A program made the translations under genes and the position numbers. A stretch of 63,688 bases of DNA, the filler included, from Octopus bimaculoides (taxonomy: Eukaryota), in the NCBI RefSeq assembly GCF_001194135.2. It is 8 parts of 6 records of this genome, joined end to end, with 100 filler letters (N's around TTAATTAATTAA, not from the genome) between each part and the next. Parts side by side here need not be neighbours in the genome. Positions count along the whole stretch, not along the records: positions 7,584 to 19,849 come from NC_068989.1; positions 19,950 to 23,965 come from NC_068995.1; positions 24,066 to 29,394 come from NC_068983.1; 5 more parts are not named here. The stretch is one strand, 5' to 3'. This document shows, piece by piece, positions 11,962-26,128 of the stretch. Positions within the stretch are counted from its first letter, which is position 1. Every line of letters begins with the position of its first letter. Under the pieces are notes generated by a model. That model searched no databases and was not told the DNA's origin. It worked only from the letters and a program-made list of their open reading frames with translations.

Positions 11962-13205
11962 TATCAGGTTGTGTAAAATGTAAGCAATGTTTTGAACCAC
12001 GAAGAATTTGTGCCTTTTTTTTTTTTGCAGAGATAGAATTTTTTGAAACATTATTTTTTTGCAGTTTTCTGATAATACAGATAGAGTCTTACCCAAATGC
12101 ATCAATAAATCAACATTGATATCTTCTCACCGCTTTACCAACCATATGAAATGGACCTGCCAAAGCGCGATATTCGAACAAGCTTGCTATTCACCTTCAA
12201 AAAAGTACCTAAATCAGCTGATACTGCTCGAGATATCAACGAAACTTTTGATGAGGAAATGTTGAGTGAGTGGTCAGCTCGAAAATGGATTTAAACGATT
12301 TCGCAGTGGAAACCTTTGCTTTCAACATGGTGAGTGTTGTGGACGCCCATCTGTCATCTTTGACGGTCAATTAAAAACCGTCATTGAGAAAGACACACGT
12401 AGAACCACTCGAGAGCTGGCAAAAGAACTTCAAATTAGCCAGAAAGCTGTCTGCATCCTTTCCATCGGATCAGAAAATCAAAAATGCTCGACAAATGGGT
12501 ACCACACGATTTGAAAGAAAACAAGAAAATGCGCAGGAATGAAATTTGCTCGTCGCTTCTCCTCCCTAACTACACCCCTGCATTTCTTGACCGATGAAAA
12601 ATTGATTCTGTACAATACTAAAAACGTTCTTCGCAGGGGTTAGACCAAAATGATGCACCTAAAATACTCCCTAAACCCGAGCTCTGAAGGTTATGGTGAC
12701 TGTTTGGTGGTGCACTGCAGGCCTCATCTACTATAACTTCTTAAAACACTGAAAAACTATTACTGCACAAATATATTACCATGAAATAGCCAAAGTGAAC
12801 GAAAAACCACCACTCCTCTGTCCCAGACTGGTCAACAGAAGAGTGGCAATTATTCTTCAGGACAATGATCGAACACACGTTTCACTAAGTATGCTCCAGA
12901 AGTTGAGGGTTCTTGGCTACGAAGTTCTTCTCGAACCAGGTTATTCACCAGATCTTTCGCCTACCGACTATATCTTTTTCAAGCATATTGAAAGTTTCCT
13001 ACGATAGAAAGAGTTCAAATATGAAACCGATGTTGAAAGTGCATTCAAAGAGTTCATCAGCTCCAGAACTCCAGATTTCCATGTTACCGTAATAAAAAAA
13101 TTAAAAAAACTTGTAACTCTTTGGCAAAAATGTGTGGATTGTAATAGTATTTACTGTGATGAATAAAATTTTCGCATTGTTGAAATATATTGTGATGAAT
13201 TTCAT
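11962..13205 (+). mobile_element. Near full-length degenerate mariner transposon
   Basis: GRPSVIFDGQLK..TTRELAKEL, WVPHDL, TDEK, VWWCTAG, QDNDRTH, YSPDLSPTDYIFF and LWQKCVDC, with stops and frameshifts. Confidence 0.9.
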
Positions 13206-13206
13206 G

Positions 13207-13243
<37 letters not shown>

Positions 13244-14127
13244 TTTTGTTACATATAATGAGACAACGGAAATCACATTAAAAAACCGTTATCAAAAGTA
13301 TGCATTCATTTCTCAGTCTCGTTAGAAAATGCTCTACGATTTTGTCAAATCTGAAATTATCGTGAGCTTGAAATTTAATATCCTGTGTGACGTTTCTCTG
13401 AGACAAATATTGAGAATTTTGCCTTAACGCAGTTTTAGAAAGTGAGTTATTACCGCCTTGAATGCACATGACAAAGTATATTTTATTTACACACAAGCCT
13501 CCTTAATTTCGTTCTGCTCAAACAATAAAACGTTAGTTTCGAAATGTTGAATTGATAGGTTTGATTGACATATGTTTTCGTATGTGTGAATGTTTGTCTA
13601 TGTGTACGTATGTGTAGATATGCATATGTGTATATGTATGCATCAGATATAATTTGGTGTATGTAAGTGGGCGTATGAGTGTGCATATGTGTATATGTGT
13701 GAGTCTGAGTGAACCATGCAAAATGAACACGCATATGCACACAACCATTACTTAAAAGTAAAACATAAATGTATCAATCTATTTGTAATATTAAACAATG
13801 CAGCATAATACTTTCGCTCGTTTGGAGTTTATGACGCTTATATTATTCTCCTTGGAACCAGAAACGAAATCAAAATCGCGTTTTGTGCGTCTCGTTCTCA
13901 AAGGCTTTTGAAAACAAGGACAGCGCGATACGCGTCTTGAAACTTTCAATCCATATTTACAAAAAGTTCAGAGTGGATATTTTAGAAGAAACTAACGCTA
14001 CGTCGGTTTATTAGCTGGGTATCGGAAAGGAGGAACTCCAAGTACAAGGAACTAGAAACTATCCGTTACAATGTGTTACGTTCAAATATATAGAGATAGG
14101 TAGATAAATTGCTAAATAAATAAATAT

Positions 14128-14196
<69 letters not shown>

Positions 14197-16399
14197 TTAT
14201 ACACATATATATATATATATCATCTGTGTCTGTCTATATGTGTCCATGTTTAAAGCTTATGTTGAAATTAAAGTATATCTCTATATTGTATTCAATTGTG
14301 GGGTAGAAGACTTAAGGCTGCGACAAATTAAATGTTCTAAAACATAATTCAAAATAAGAGGCGTGGGTCCCAAAACTAAGAGCAGAAATGAATAATATGA
14401 TTGCATTAATTAATATCTACGGAACTGAAAAAATGTCTACTTAATTCAAAATTATGAGCACACAGTTACCTAGGGACACGTGCAGGCTCTGGCTAAAAAA
14501 TTAACTACAGTCTCACCGTTATTAACAAATGTTTCAACAGCAAATATACGTTATCCAACGGTAGAAGTCAAAATAATTACTAGATAAAAAACGTATAAGC
14601 CACCCCCTCCTCGAAGAAGTTTTTACCACCTGCCTACATTCATGGACATGTAAATCATAGGAGGACTTTCTGCTGCACTCTGTATAATTAAAGATTGTAT
14701 GAAAATATTTATAAAGGATTATTTCATCCACAATCATACTATTAAGGTATACAATGTTGTTAATTTTTCCGTGATGGTCATCAGTTCTTGTTGTTGGTTC
14801 AGGAAACGAAACAGGTAACAGCATTCCATTTCTTGCCTTAAATACTCCAAGAGAAAACGAATATAAATAAGACCAAACTCGAATTTTCACTCAGAATGAA
14901 TAGTGCTAAATATTGTCGGTATTGTAAATGCAGTGCTATTTTACTTGCTCGTAGTTAGCCGAGAAATTTAATTAATGGAAATTACAATCTTAATGACTAA
15001 TTCTAGTCAATAAATGCAATTGAGACAACACTCGTGATTTTAATTAATTAAACTAATCTATTTTATGAATCCGGCGTTCTACTGATTATATGAGTATTAA
15101 GAAATTTATCGTAATTCGGATTGGTTTTCTTTATGAGTGCCACTAACCGGAGGTTAAGACGTCACATAGCTTCTCAGTGATTGAGCAGTCTCGAATCAAT
15201 CTCTGTTGGGACTAATTGAAATTATTTTATATCAGAAATATTTTCTGTACAAATTATTTATTTTATTTTAAATTAACTTTTTCGAACTGAAACTTAGTTA
15301 TGAATGTGTCATCAGCATTACAGAAAATTCTGTTAATATTTTAATTAGAAATGTTGACTGAGTACTCGACTTAGCCTTCTTGTAAATTTTCCTTGCTCAC
15401 ACCATATTCGAAAATGCGTGAACGCCACGATATTCAATAGGTAAAATAGTATCCTTTTGATATACTAAAAATGTTGGCCAACTTACCAAAATCTCGTTCC
15501 CTTACAACTTAAACAGGCAAGTGAATATTTTAGAATTATATATGAAAATATATACTAATGGTTGTGATGTTTTACCGACAGGACAGCCCTTTAAAGTTTC
15601 ATAAGAGTTTCACAAGATCTCAAATTTCCTATCAAATTGAATTAATGGTTTGCTGCGCCTTAGATATATCTTTAGTGGTTGTCTTTTCAAATAATGAGCT
15701 TTTCTCCATAGTATCGGTTATTGCTATTCAATTGTTCGGTAAAACGAATTGCAAAACCAACATGCAAGTGGTTGATTATTAGATGTATTATGTGCAATTA
15801 AATTCACAGACCAAACGTGATTGAGATTGCAACGAAGACCATTTATGTCTCAACATTACTGCTATCTAGCACATTCGGATGGTCTGTACTGAACCGCTAC
15901 ACAACTGCTACTCAACTGTTACTTAACACTCCTACCACGGCCAGACTATCTCTATTTATATATGTCTTGTGAAATCCTATTTCTTCGCCTGGGGGCGTCG
16001 ACACAACAAGACCTGTGCTTTACACTACAGATATAATAAGGAAAGAGAGAGTCAGTGTACGTCTTGTCGAATCTTGAACAGAGCAACTAAATGCATTATT
16101 TAGATTTTTGGTACTTTTACCAAATTAAATTAAGTCAGCCTTCGTCAGCGTAAGCAAGATACTGCTTATTAAATCAAAAGCAAAAATGACATTTATAAGC
16201 AAAATCTCAAGAACATAGCAACAAAAGACATCTATTAGTTTCCCAGTCTAAAATCATTTGCAGCAAATATAATTTACGCCTTAGAAATAATCGTTTATGA
16301 TACTATTAAATTGTAGCATTCAATAATGACATAGTAAACAGATCTAACATTTTTTATATAAATATACACGAGTAGTTTATAAATATACTTCAGAGAAAT

Positions 16400-16785
16400 G
16401 TTCGTTGTTGGCACTCCGTCGCTAACGACGTCGAGGGTTCCAGTTGATCCGATCAACAGAACAGCCTGCTCGTGAAATTAACGTGCAAGTAGCTGAGCAC
16501 TCCATACACGTGTACCCTTAACTTAGTTCTCGGGGATATTCAGCGTGACACAGTGTGACAAGGCTGACCCTTTGAATTACAGGCACAACAGAAACAGGAA
16601 GTAAAAGTGAGAGAAAGTTGTGGTGGAAGAGTACAGCAGGGTTCGCCACCACCCGCTGCCGGAACCTCCTGGAGCTTTAGGTGTTTTCGCTCAATAAACA
16701 CTCACAATACCCCGTGTGGAAATCGAAACCGCGATCCTGTGACTGCTAGTCCGCTGCCCTAACCACTGGGCCATTGCGCCTCCAC
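16400..16785 (-). mobile_element. tRNA-headed SINE with conserved central domain (Nin-type, from memory)
   Basis: Minus-strand head gtggaggcgcaatggcccagtggttagggcagcggact...ggtttcgatt; the central block is shared with 21010-21207. Confidence 0.75.
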
Positions 16786-17029
16786 TCAAATAAATGTAGA
16801 TATACACTATTGCGCTTGTGTCGTTTGTTGAATTAATTAACTTGCAAATTGACCATAAAATTCAGCTGTTATTTCGACAAGATGGTTATAATGAATTATG
16901 GTTTAATCAACGCAATAAATGTCCACTTAGAAATAAAGTAAAATTGCTATTGTTAGTATTTCCTTCCGTGTACTTAATTAAGAAAAGGTTTTAACATAGT
17001 ATTACAACCATCCTATGTAATGATTTCGA

Positions 17030-17218
17030 ATTTTCGCACAAGGGTAGCGATTTCGGGGAGGGGTTAATTGGATTAATTCGACCCTAGTTTTCAACTGGAA
17101 CTTATTTTATCGACTCTCAAAAAGTGAAAAACAAACTCAACCTCAGAACTTGAAGACGAACTAAATACCGCTAAGAATTTTCCTCGACGTTCTAAGGTTT
17201 CTGCCAGCTCACCACCTT
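17030..17218 (-). mobile_element. SINE, MetaSINE-like family (degenerate copy)
   Basis: Matches the family motif ttattttatcgac...aaaggcaaagtcgacc...gaactcagaacgtaaagac. Confidence 0.65.
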
Positions 17219-18603
17219 AGAACCATTATATAAAACAGACTATGAAGTAGATTACAGATTTGTAAACGAGAATGTTCGGTGTTCTGTTTGTTAGGTACTG
17301 AAACTGGTACTCTCAAAGGAATAAAATTATGATAAATACAATTTAGCTTTTAATTAATTGTGAATTATGAAGTGTTATCGCGAGGTCAGTGTCAATAACG
17401 AACATAAAGAGTTATGCAAATGACCCAATAGGTTATGAGGGTGGTCTGCTTTTCAGTTAGTTTCTAAGCACATTTACGATAGAAGACACTGAAACAGCAT
17501 TTTGTGGCTACTGATATCAGATCTTAGACTTGAATTCACCACACGTCAATTCTTCTTAAATACAGAAAGCACAGTAACTTCAACTATGTCACTGTATATA
17601 ATCTTTCCCTATCAAAATCGTATAAAAGTATAAATCATTTTACCTAACATTGAATACATACTTTTTAGTTATTTTACAATAATTTTTTAAAATACCAATT
17701 GTCTTTCTCCATGTAGGTTCTATAATGTTTCTACAAATATTATGAAGTGGGTAATCGTAAATTCTTAGTTTAATACGTCAAGAAAATTTACCTCTAGAGT
17801 GCATTGCAGAGTTACAGAATCAAACTAAATCAATTATAATTTAATATAAGAGCATACATAAATTGGTTCTGAGCAAAAATATCCTGGTAATAACAACAGT
17901 ATATCATGTATAAAAGAGCTAAATTTTGTCTTGAACAGCAATGCAATGCATCATTTACAAAATTTCATATTTTGTTCTACTAATCGACCTTTCGTTTCGT
18001 CTTTCCAAGAATTCAATTCCCTTTAAAACGTGAGACAATCACAAACAATTATCTTTAAGACGACAATAAATGAAGTTAATCCTAAGTCAATTATTTTCAA
18101 TTTTTTTCACCTTTGTCTTCTTTCTTACTTCCAGTTAATAATATACTGCCGCTTCATGTTACAAACACTACAAACAAAATAATATTGGTGTTTATAAGGC
18201 ACGCTATTTTCTTATCAATAACAGTAAATCTATGTTCATGTATTGTTTTACTATAATCAAGTTCACAAGTATCATTATTTCTGACAAATACACACCAACG
18301 CACAGATATACAATTGGATAAACGCATGCACACACAGATGATTATAAACAAAATAGTTTTCAATCATTGATTATGTTCACTCCGAGTTTCATCTCTCTAA
18401 CAGACACAAATGTTTTTTTTTGTGAATTATACCTAATTATAATTGTAACCCTCCCCCACGTCTATATATACCCCAATTTTAGACTATTTTACTTTAGTCT
18501 ATACACGGTTGTCGCTTACACGCTTTAAGCTTATAAAATATTATTATTTACAGAATTGTCACTCATCACCGCATCCCAAATCAACGCAGAATATATATAT
18601 ATA

Positions 18604-18606
<3 letters not shown>

Positions 18607-18664
<58 letters not shown>

Positions 18665-18681
18665 CAGAGAGATAGATAGAC

Positions 18682-18716
<35 letters not shown>

Positions 18717-18820
18717 CAGACGGACGGACGGAGACAGACGGACAGACGGAGACAGACATGCAGACAGATATATAGGTAGATAGATAGATAGGTAGATAGA
18801 TAGATAGATAGATAGATACG
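18607..18820. repeat. (GATA)n/(GACA)n/(GGAC)n compound microsatellite
   Basis: Direct inspection. Confidence 0.95.
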
Positions 18821-19562
18821 TATCAGTGTTTTCTCACTTAGACGGAAATGTGTTATCATTGTGCAATAATTATTTCGTATAAAAAGAGAATAATTTATTT
18901 CATAGCGGATTGCCTTATGTAAGTATAGGGTGAATTATAACTGAATATATATCAAAGACATATTTCTCGCTGTATAATTCAACAAATACTGGGTATTCCA
19001 CCTAGCATATACCCTATTTAACAGCTGATGACTAAAGGGAGCGAGACTAAAGGAAATTTATTGAATATGCGGGGCTTTATTTCTAGCAATTTGTGGCACC
19101 CCTTACACTACCATGGTAATGTAAAGGGTCCTGTCTTGATGAGACTTCGTCTTAAAAGTGGATTGGTTGAAGAGTTTAAGTAAAATACCACCCGAGTTCA
19201 CCGGACAATTTTTTTGTGAGAGTTATTTACGAGGTAAAGTTTAAGGTACACAACGGGCAACAGTTGACGAATTACGTGCAGCCATTGAATGAGAACAAAC
19301 ATAAATACTGAATGAAATGTTATTTGATGATCGTGATTGCATTGCTTCGAGCTCTCAGCGTTGCCTAGGCAAGAACTGTCATAAGTTTGAGAATTAGCTT
19401 TCGTAAATCAATTCATTTCTGTCTGTAGATTTTATTATATTTTGAAACTGAAATGTATTTTGTATTTTGATAAACTAAGTTTTTGAAACACATACTTTTG
19501 TATTATCATCCGGTCCTTTTCATCCGTACTTCTTCCATCGCTCCATCTCATTCATTTTCAGA

Positions 19563-19849
19563 GGCACAAGACCTGAAATTTTGAGGGAGGGGAAAAGCTG
19601 ATTACGTCGACACCAGTACTCGACAGCTACTTATTTTATCGACTCCGAGGGATGAAAGGTAAAGTCGACCCCAGCGGCATTCGAAACCAGAACTCAAAGA
19701 CTGACTAAATGCCACTAAGCGTTTTGCCCGAAGTGCTAACGATTCTGCCAGCTTGCTGCGTTGGGATAAGTTTTAACACTAACAATAAAACACAGGGGGC
19801 GAGCTGGCAGAATCGTTAGATCACCGGGAAAAATGCTTAGCAGCATTTC
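19563..19849. mobile_element. Two head-to-head MetaSINE-like copies (19563-19765 minus, 19790-19849 plus)
   Basis: gatgaaaggtaaagtcgacccc...tgctaacgattctgccagc, then ggcgagctggcagaatcgttag. Confidence 0.75.
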
Positions 19850-20098
19850 NNNNNNNNNNNNNNNNNNNNNNNNNNNNNNNNNNNNNNNNNNNNTTAATTA
19901 ATTAANNNNNNNNNNNNNNNNNNNNNNNNNNNNNNNNNNNNNNNNNNNNATATATATATATATATATATACACGGACATACACATACTCTTGTAGGAGGT
20001 ACACTGGCAGAAACTTGTAAGAAAATAATATATCACACATCGACGCATGCATATATGCCTACATATCCACTTACAATTATACAAGTATACATTCAACA

Positions 20099-20129
<31 letters not shown>

Positions 20130-20351
20130 CATACATACATACATGATAGATGTCAACGCGTGACCGAGTAAGACCACTTCCTAAACTCGCTAAGTCTTTG
20201 AAAATGAAGAACCCAAGAAGTTCCTGTGCGCGAGTTTACTTTCAGTGGAAGAAATTTTGCACAACCGTAACCCCACTCCTAAATGCAATCAGCGATAAAA
20301 CCAGTGATACTTAAGAGTTTTAAAAAAAATTCTAATACCAGTTTAATACCA

Positions 20352-20715
20352 GTTTTCATCTGTCCTCGTGTTCTGAGCTCAAATTTCGAAGAGGTTGACT
20401 TTTGCCTTTCATCCTTTCTGGGTCGATAAAATAAGTACTAATTGTTATAGACTTACCCACCTCCCACAAAAATTGCTGATCCTGGGCCAAAATTTGAAAG
20501 CAATACAACGGGTCTCCACTAAGGCAGCGAAATGGCTGAATCGTTCTCACACCGGAGCAATATGCTTAGCGGCATTTCATCCGTTTTTACGTTCTGTGTT
20601 CAAATTTCACCTTTCATACTTTCAGGGTCGATAAAATAAGTAAAAGTCGAGCTCTGGGGTCGATGTAATTGACTTAACTCCTCTCTGGAACTTGCTGGCC
20701 TTGTGCCAAAATTTG
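20352..20715 (+). mobile_element. Two tandem MetaSINE-like copies
   Basis: ttctgagctcaaattt...gcctttcatcctttctgggtcgataaaataagta; a second copy at 20518-20715. Confidence 0.75.
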
Positions 20716-21009
20716 AAACCGTTATATATGTACTTCTCATAAAGATATTTAACCCCTGTACGACCTAAAACTACTAATTGACACAGAAGGATTAAACTTA
20801 TCTTTTTACACATCAATATTGTTTTAATCCACTCTAATTTTGTTTTTATTCTAATCTTATCTTTAATCCTGTGTTTTCTGGAGATTAATATAAGTTCGTC
20901 AAAATGGCGTTTGTTTAAAGGATTCCGTTGCATTCTATTACTTTCACAATAAAAAATGAAACAAAAATGTCACTAATAAAATATCATTTACCTTGCCCCA
21001 AGACTATAC

Positions 21010-21207
21010 TCAGGGGGATTCGGCGTGACACAGAATGTGAGAAGGCTGGCCCTTTTGAAATACAAGTACTACTCACTTTTGCCAGCGGAGTGGACTGGAG
21101 CAACGTGAAATAAATTGCCTTGCCCAAGGAGACAACGCGTAGCCGGGAATTGAACTCACGACCTTACGATCAGGAGCCGAATGCCCTAACCACTAAGCCA
21201 TGCACCT
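21010..21207 (-). mobile_element. tRNA-headed SINE
   Basis: gggaattgaactcacgacc...ccctaaccactaagcca (reverse B/A boxes) plus a central block shared with 16.5 kb. Confidence 0.75.
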
Positions 21208-21334
21208 TCACAATATATCTATCTATCTATATATATATCATTCATACACATACGTACATGCATTCACATATAAACGCACGCACACTCGTGTACACGCACT
21301 TACACGCGCACACACACAGACACACACAGACAGA

Positions 21335-21372
<38 letters not shown>

Positions 21373-21495
21373 CAAAGAAAGAAACAAACAATGAAAGGAA
21401 GAATGAGTTAGAATTTCGCGTTGCTGCTTATCAAAACATTTTGTTCTTAGGTTTCTGTATGTGAGTACCAACTCCCTTAATTTATAGCAACTGGC

Positions 21496-21546
<51 letters not shown>

Positions 21547-21914
21547 CATGTTTGTAGGTGTACATAATTTATGCATGCATATGTATTATATTTATTTATA
21601 GGTGTGCATGTATATATGCATAAAATTCAGCATGTGTGTATGTGTGTGTGTGTGTGTGTGGGGTCTGGTCGTGTTCCACTTTTTGTGCATACCTGAGTTT
21701 CTCTTTATACTTGTGTTTGTGTATTTTTAGCCCCGCCCACAAAAGAAAGTGATGTTTGAAATCATTTATCCCTAAATCTTATCACACACACACACACACC
21801 TCTATACAGGATGTGGTGAACATATTGTCGTCGAAATTACGCAAAAATGAAAACAACACTGATATCTCAGTTTAACAGGTATATTTACCAAAATTACATA
21901 AAAATATCCCAAAG

Positions 21915-22025
21915 GGTGAAAGGCAAAGTCGACCGCGGCGTAATTTGAACTCAGAACGTAAAGACAGACCAAATACCGGCAAGCAGTTCGCCCGGCGTGC
22001 TAACGACTCTGCCATCTCGCCGCCA
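21915..22025 (-). mobile_element. MetaSINE-like fragment
   Basis: gtgaaaggcaaagtcgacc...ttgaactcagaacgtaaagac...gctaacgactctgcc. Confidence 0.75.
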
Positions 22026-22314
22026 CGGGGTGTTCATTTATTAAAGGTTAAATGTGAAGGGAAACTTTTCGCAGAAGAATCCGAAACTCAGGAATAAACA
22101 AGTTTCTACGGTTTCTTTCGCCTCGCTGAAGAAGACTGTATTTTAATTATTTGTTTGTTTATTTATTTAATTATTTATTTATTTCATTGTATTCGACAGA
22201 CTAAATCTTTTTTTAAAATCTGAGACAAATAGGTCTTGTGGTTCCAATATAACGTAGAAGACAGAGCTACTTAAATCTCATGTGTGCGTGTATATATCAA
22301 ATGTGTATGTATGA

Positions 22315-22350
<36 letters not shown>

Positions 22351-23019
22351 TTGTGTGTGTGAGTGTGCGTATGTCTCTAGGCCTGTGAAGTGGTCAGACG
22401 GATGCGGGTTACCACACAGCGGCCAGCGATATTATATCAAAGTTTGCCATAACCAGACCACTCAATTGGCGGAAGCCACTTAAATGCATATAAGTGTATG
22501 TGAGGTAGAGACATTGCGAGGTGATATGCAGTGGGAGCAGAAGGATTATGCCGAGTGTTTCTATTATTTGAGAAGTTACAAAATTTCATTCATTTTCTAA
22601 CATGGGTATATATTTTACTCCAAGAAATACGAATTCCCACAGAACCTGATGTATATCAAGTGTGTAGAAGCTAGCACTGCAGTAGCCAATGCTGCTGCTG
22701 CTGCTGCTACTGTTGCTGTTTAGCCCCGGGTTAAGTCTGATCAAGAAGACCTATCAACATAGATGTTCACGCATTGGGACTGAACCCGGAACCATGTGGT
22801 TGGGAAGCAAGTTTCTTACCACACAACCAGTGTGACTTTTATTAGAATTTCTTATTTAAGACAATAGAGTATAATTCTAAGGATATACTGGCTGATATTT
22901 TCAGCAGTTTGAATGACAATATAGAAACTCCTTCATTGGTTGAGGTGAGATAATCTGGAGGAGTAGGTTGAGGACTTGATAACAATAACAACAACTACAA
23001 TAATAGTTTCAACTTTTGG

Positions 23020-23205
23020 CTAAAGGCCAGCGATATTGGGGAAGGNNNNNNNNNNCACCCCAGAACTCACCGAGAACTTATTTTATCGATACCGAACGAT
23101 GAAAGGCAAAATCGACCTCGGCGACATTTGAACTGATAACGTAAAGACGGATGAAATGCCGCCAGGGATTTTGTCCGGCATGCTAACGATTCTGCCACCT
23201 CGCCA
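23020..23205 (-). mobile_element. MetaSINE-like copy
   Basis: ttattttatcgatacc...gatgaaaggcaaaatcgacctcggcg...gctaacgattctgccacctcgcc. Confidence 0.75.
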
Positions 23206-24644
23206 CTCTGATTCTAATTAGTCATGGGACGGGCCCTCACTGAATGATGAAAAATATAAGATAAAATAAAATTCACAATTTCTGAACGAAAGACGTGATG
23301 GTCACGTTTGAACATGTTTGGTCTGATGCTTGTCAGATCAAAATTTATCTCAGGCTTAAAAACAACATGATTCAACATAACTCCTAACAACTAAGTGGAC
23401 TCGTCTATTGACTTTTAACTGGCTTTTCCAGTACACTGTCACCTCTGACATTTACAGGCCATGACCGTGACAGGAAAGTTTACGCTAATTGGCTTATTTC
23501 GGTACCTATTTCTCCATCATAAGACCTAAAATCGACACCAAACACTAGACTTACAGTGTAAGTCTAGCTCTCCTATTTGTAAAGTAGTGGTATTTAGTAG
23601 GAACTGAAATTCCCGGTACTAAAGGAATTAATGAGCGTGAAATTGTAATATTAATCTTCCTGGCAGATATTACATAATATTTTGAATCTTTTTATTTCAC
23701 TCTTTTTTTTTTTTAATAGTAATTTCTAATTGGTAACTATGTAAATAATAAAAATGTTTTTCATGCTTACTTTAAAATGATACATTTTCCTGAAACATGG
23801 CTTCCGTCTCTCTGATGTTGCTGTCGTTTGTGGTTTCGTTATTTGTCTCCAAGACGGTCTTCATTGCGCAGGTCTATGATTAAAGTCATTCCAGTTGTGA
23901 ACATTCCATTTTTTGTACATTCATGACTACATTATCTAATGCGTCCTTTTTTTTTTTTTTTTTTTNNNNNNNNNNNNNNNNNNNNNNNNNNNNNNNNNNN
24001 NNNNNNNNNTTAATTAATTAANNNNNNNNNNNNNNNNNNNNNNNNNNNNNNNNNNNNNNNNNNNNTGTTCTTTTTTAGAAGCGTTGAGATGTATTGTAAG
24101 AACAGAAATAAATTTATTTCTCAAACGCGTGATAATGCTATAAATAGCGTGATGAGGATAGATTATCCATATAATGTAGAAAAATACGTTGCCGGCCAAC
24201 CATGAGACTCGAACTCACATCTCTGTGATTACATGTCAAGTGTTTTACCATTAAACCAAACTGCCCAGCAACGAATTCTTCGGCAATTTTAGAACTTATA
24301 AATTCAGCTTCGTAAGACGCTAACGTTAAATTCAACTATACGATGAAAGTAAACGAACAAAATTTGTTCTTTTTTAGAACACTTGACATCTAATCACAGA
24401 AATGTGAGTTGGAGTCACATCTGTGGTGCTCCAGCATGGCTGCATTCGAATGACTGAAACAAATAAAGGAGTCGAGAGTAAAAGAGTAACTCTCCATTCG
24501 TCTTCTTTAATCATATTTATACTTATAATGATCCCCTATATATTGAAGAGATATTCCTCAACGGTGTTAATAATTATACCAGTGAAGTTTCGGATTTAAT
24601 AAACCCTTATCATGTTAGGATATCCTCGCATTGACTATATTGAC

Positions 24645-24690
<46 letters not shown>

Positions 24691-24979
24691 CGCGCGTGTT
24701 ATGATTATATATATATATATATATAATGAGGGTGATAAATTGAATATTAATTTAACATCAATTTAAAACCAGTGGCCTAGCATATAAGCAAATTTGAAAA
24801 TTCAGAAAAATTGCATTGCATGCGTATGAGAGGGGATGACCACTAAGCGGATATACAATATGCTAGAAATATATCGCCTACGATCTAACCACAAAGAAAA
24901 TAATGTTCTCCAGAAAAAATTCAGCAAACACCAGAATATAAGCGAGCAAAACAAATGAAAATAAAGAAAATAAAGAATT

Positions 24980-25049
24980 AATCGTAGACCAGGTTTCGCC
25001 ATTAAATCTCTCACTTACGTAAAAACTTCCGTGGATCGTCAGTACGACC
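24980..25049 (-). ncRNA. Canonical minimal type I hammerhead ribozyme motif (Penelope pLTR type), one stem II mismatch
   Basis: Minus strand reads GGTCGTA-CTGACGA-TCCA...TGGC-GAA-ACCTGGT-C-TACGATT. Stem I GGTCGTA/TACGATT, near-palindromic stem III, GUC site. The mirror copy at 25184-25193 keeps CTGACGAGCC. Confidence 0.7.
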
Positions 25050-25190
25050 GTTCTAATTCAATAGAATTTGCCGACCTATACACGAATTGTCCGCATGAAG
25101 TTTGACGTGTGTTCAGACGTGTCTAACTTTATGAGGACAATTCGTGTATAGTTCTGTAAATTATAGTGAATTAGAACGGTCGTACTGACG
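25037..25190. repeat. 154-bp imperfect inverted repeat (inverted Penelope terminal repeat)
   Basis: Perfect 24-bp arms at 25037-25060/25167-25190 and 17-bp arms at 25076-25092/25135-25151. Confidence 0.9.
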
Positions 25191-25379
25191 AGCCTCGGAC
25201 TGGAATGGATGATGTAGGAACAAGTATTTTAGTCGTTTATATTGTTGTATGTTAGAAAAGCAAGTTGTTGGTGTAGAGAGGGGGGAAAAGAGATAAACAA
25301 AGAGACATGGAGGCAGTGAGATTAGAGTGGGGGAGGCAGTGCACGTCATGGCTAAACCATAACTGTTTGAATGTATTGA

Positions 25380-25900
25380 GATTGAGTTTGTGCACGTTTT
25401 GGATAGTCCGATAAGTTCACGGCATAATTTACGAAGGTTAGGAATGTGGATTTAAAGATGGGAGAGGAAACTTTGCATAACGTTCATCCTTTGTTGGTGA
25501 CAATAAGAATAATTTTATGTTTGGGTTTAATTTATATGTCTTGGTGAGAGGACTGACAGTTGGAATTTAACTGTTGATATTGATGATGTATTGGAAGATG
25601 TTTTGCCTGTGATATTAATATATTATAAAATTGTGATCAAAGAGTTTACTCTCAAAATAATAGTAGATATCTCGGATGAGAACAATGTACTTGTTTCCCT
25701 TCACAAGTTCTTTTGGTCTTATTTTTATTGTTAAGAAGGATTTGGGGATTGAAATAGTCTCGAAAATGTCGTGGTTACTTGTAGGTTGTAGAGAAAATAT
25801 AGTTTAAGCTTAGTACTTTTGCAGCTGAGACCGTTTGCGGAAGTGGTTAGGGATGTAATGCATAGAATTTGCAATAACATGCTTTGATTTGGAGTTGAGT
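25380..25900 (-). mobile_element. Penelope-like GIY-YIG region remnant
   Basis: Decayed KTKRTC..K..C...YL and downstream segments resemble the PLE endonuclease; it lies upstream of the hammerhead and hairpin. Confidence 0.5.
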
Positions 25901-26095
25901 ATTCAGTTTGATAAGTTAATCCTCTGCATAAAAAAGAGATCTCATCAAATCTGTGTCGTTTGGCTACGAGATCGTGATATGGTGTTTGTTAGCATACTGG
26001 TGATTTTGTCAGAGTGGAGATGGGGTTATGTTTATCTCAGTTTATGCTGTCGGAGTCATCATCATCATCATTATTTTTATTATTAGTACCCATCT

Positions 26096-26128
<33 letters not shown>

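Noticed and set aside
14534-14890. 118-aa minus-strand ORF and a nearby plus-strand cag|gtaaca donor
   Set aside because: No recognisable motif and no consistent exon partner.
24180-24270. tRNA-like sequence (TGT anticodon position) on the minus strand
   Set aside because: The acceptor and anticodon stems do not pair properly; treated as a SINE head, not a tRNA gene.
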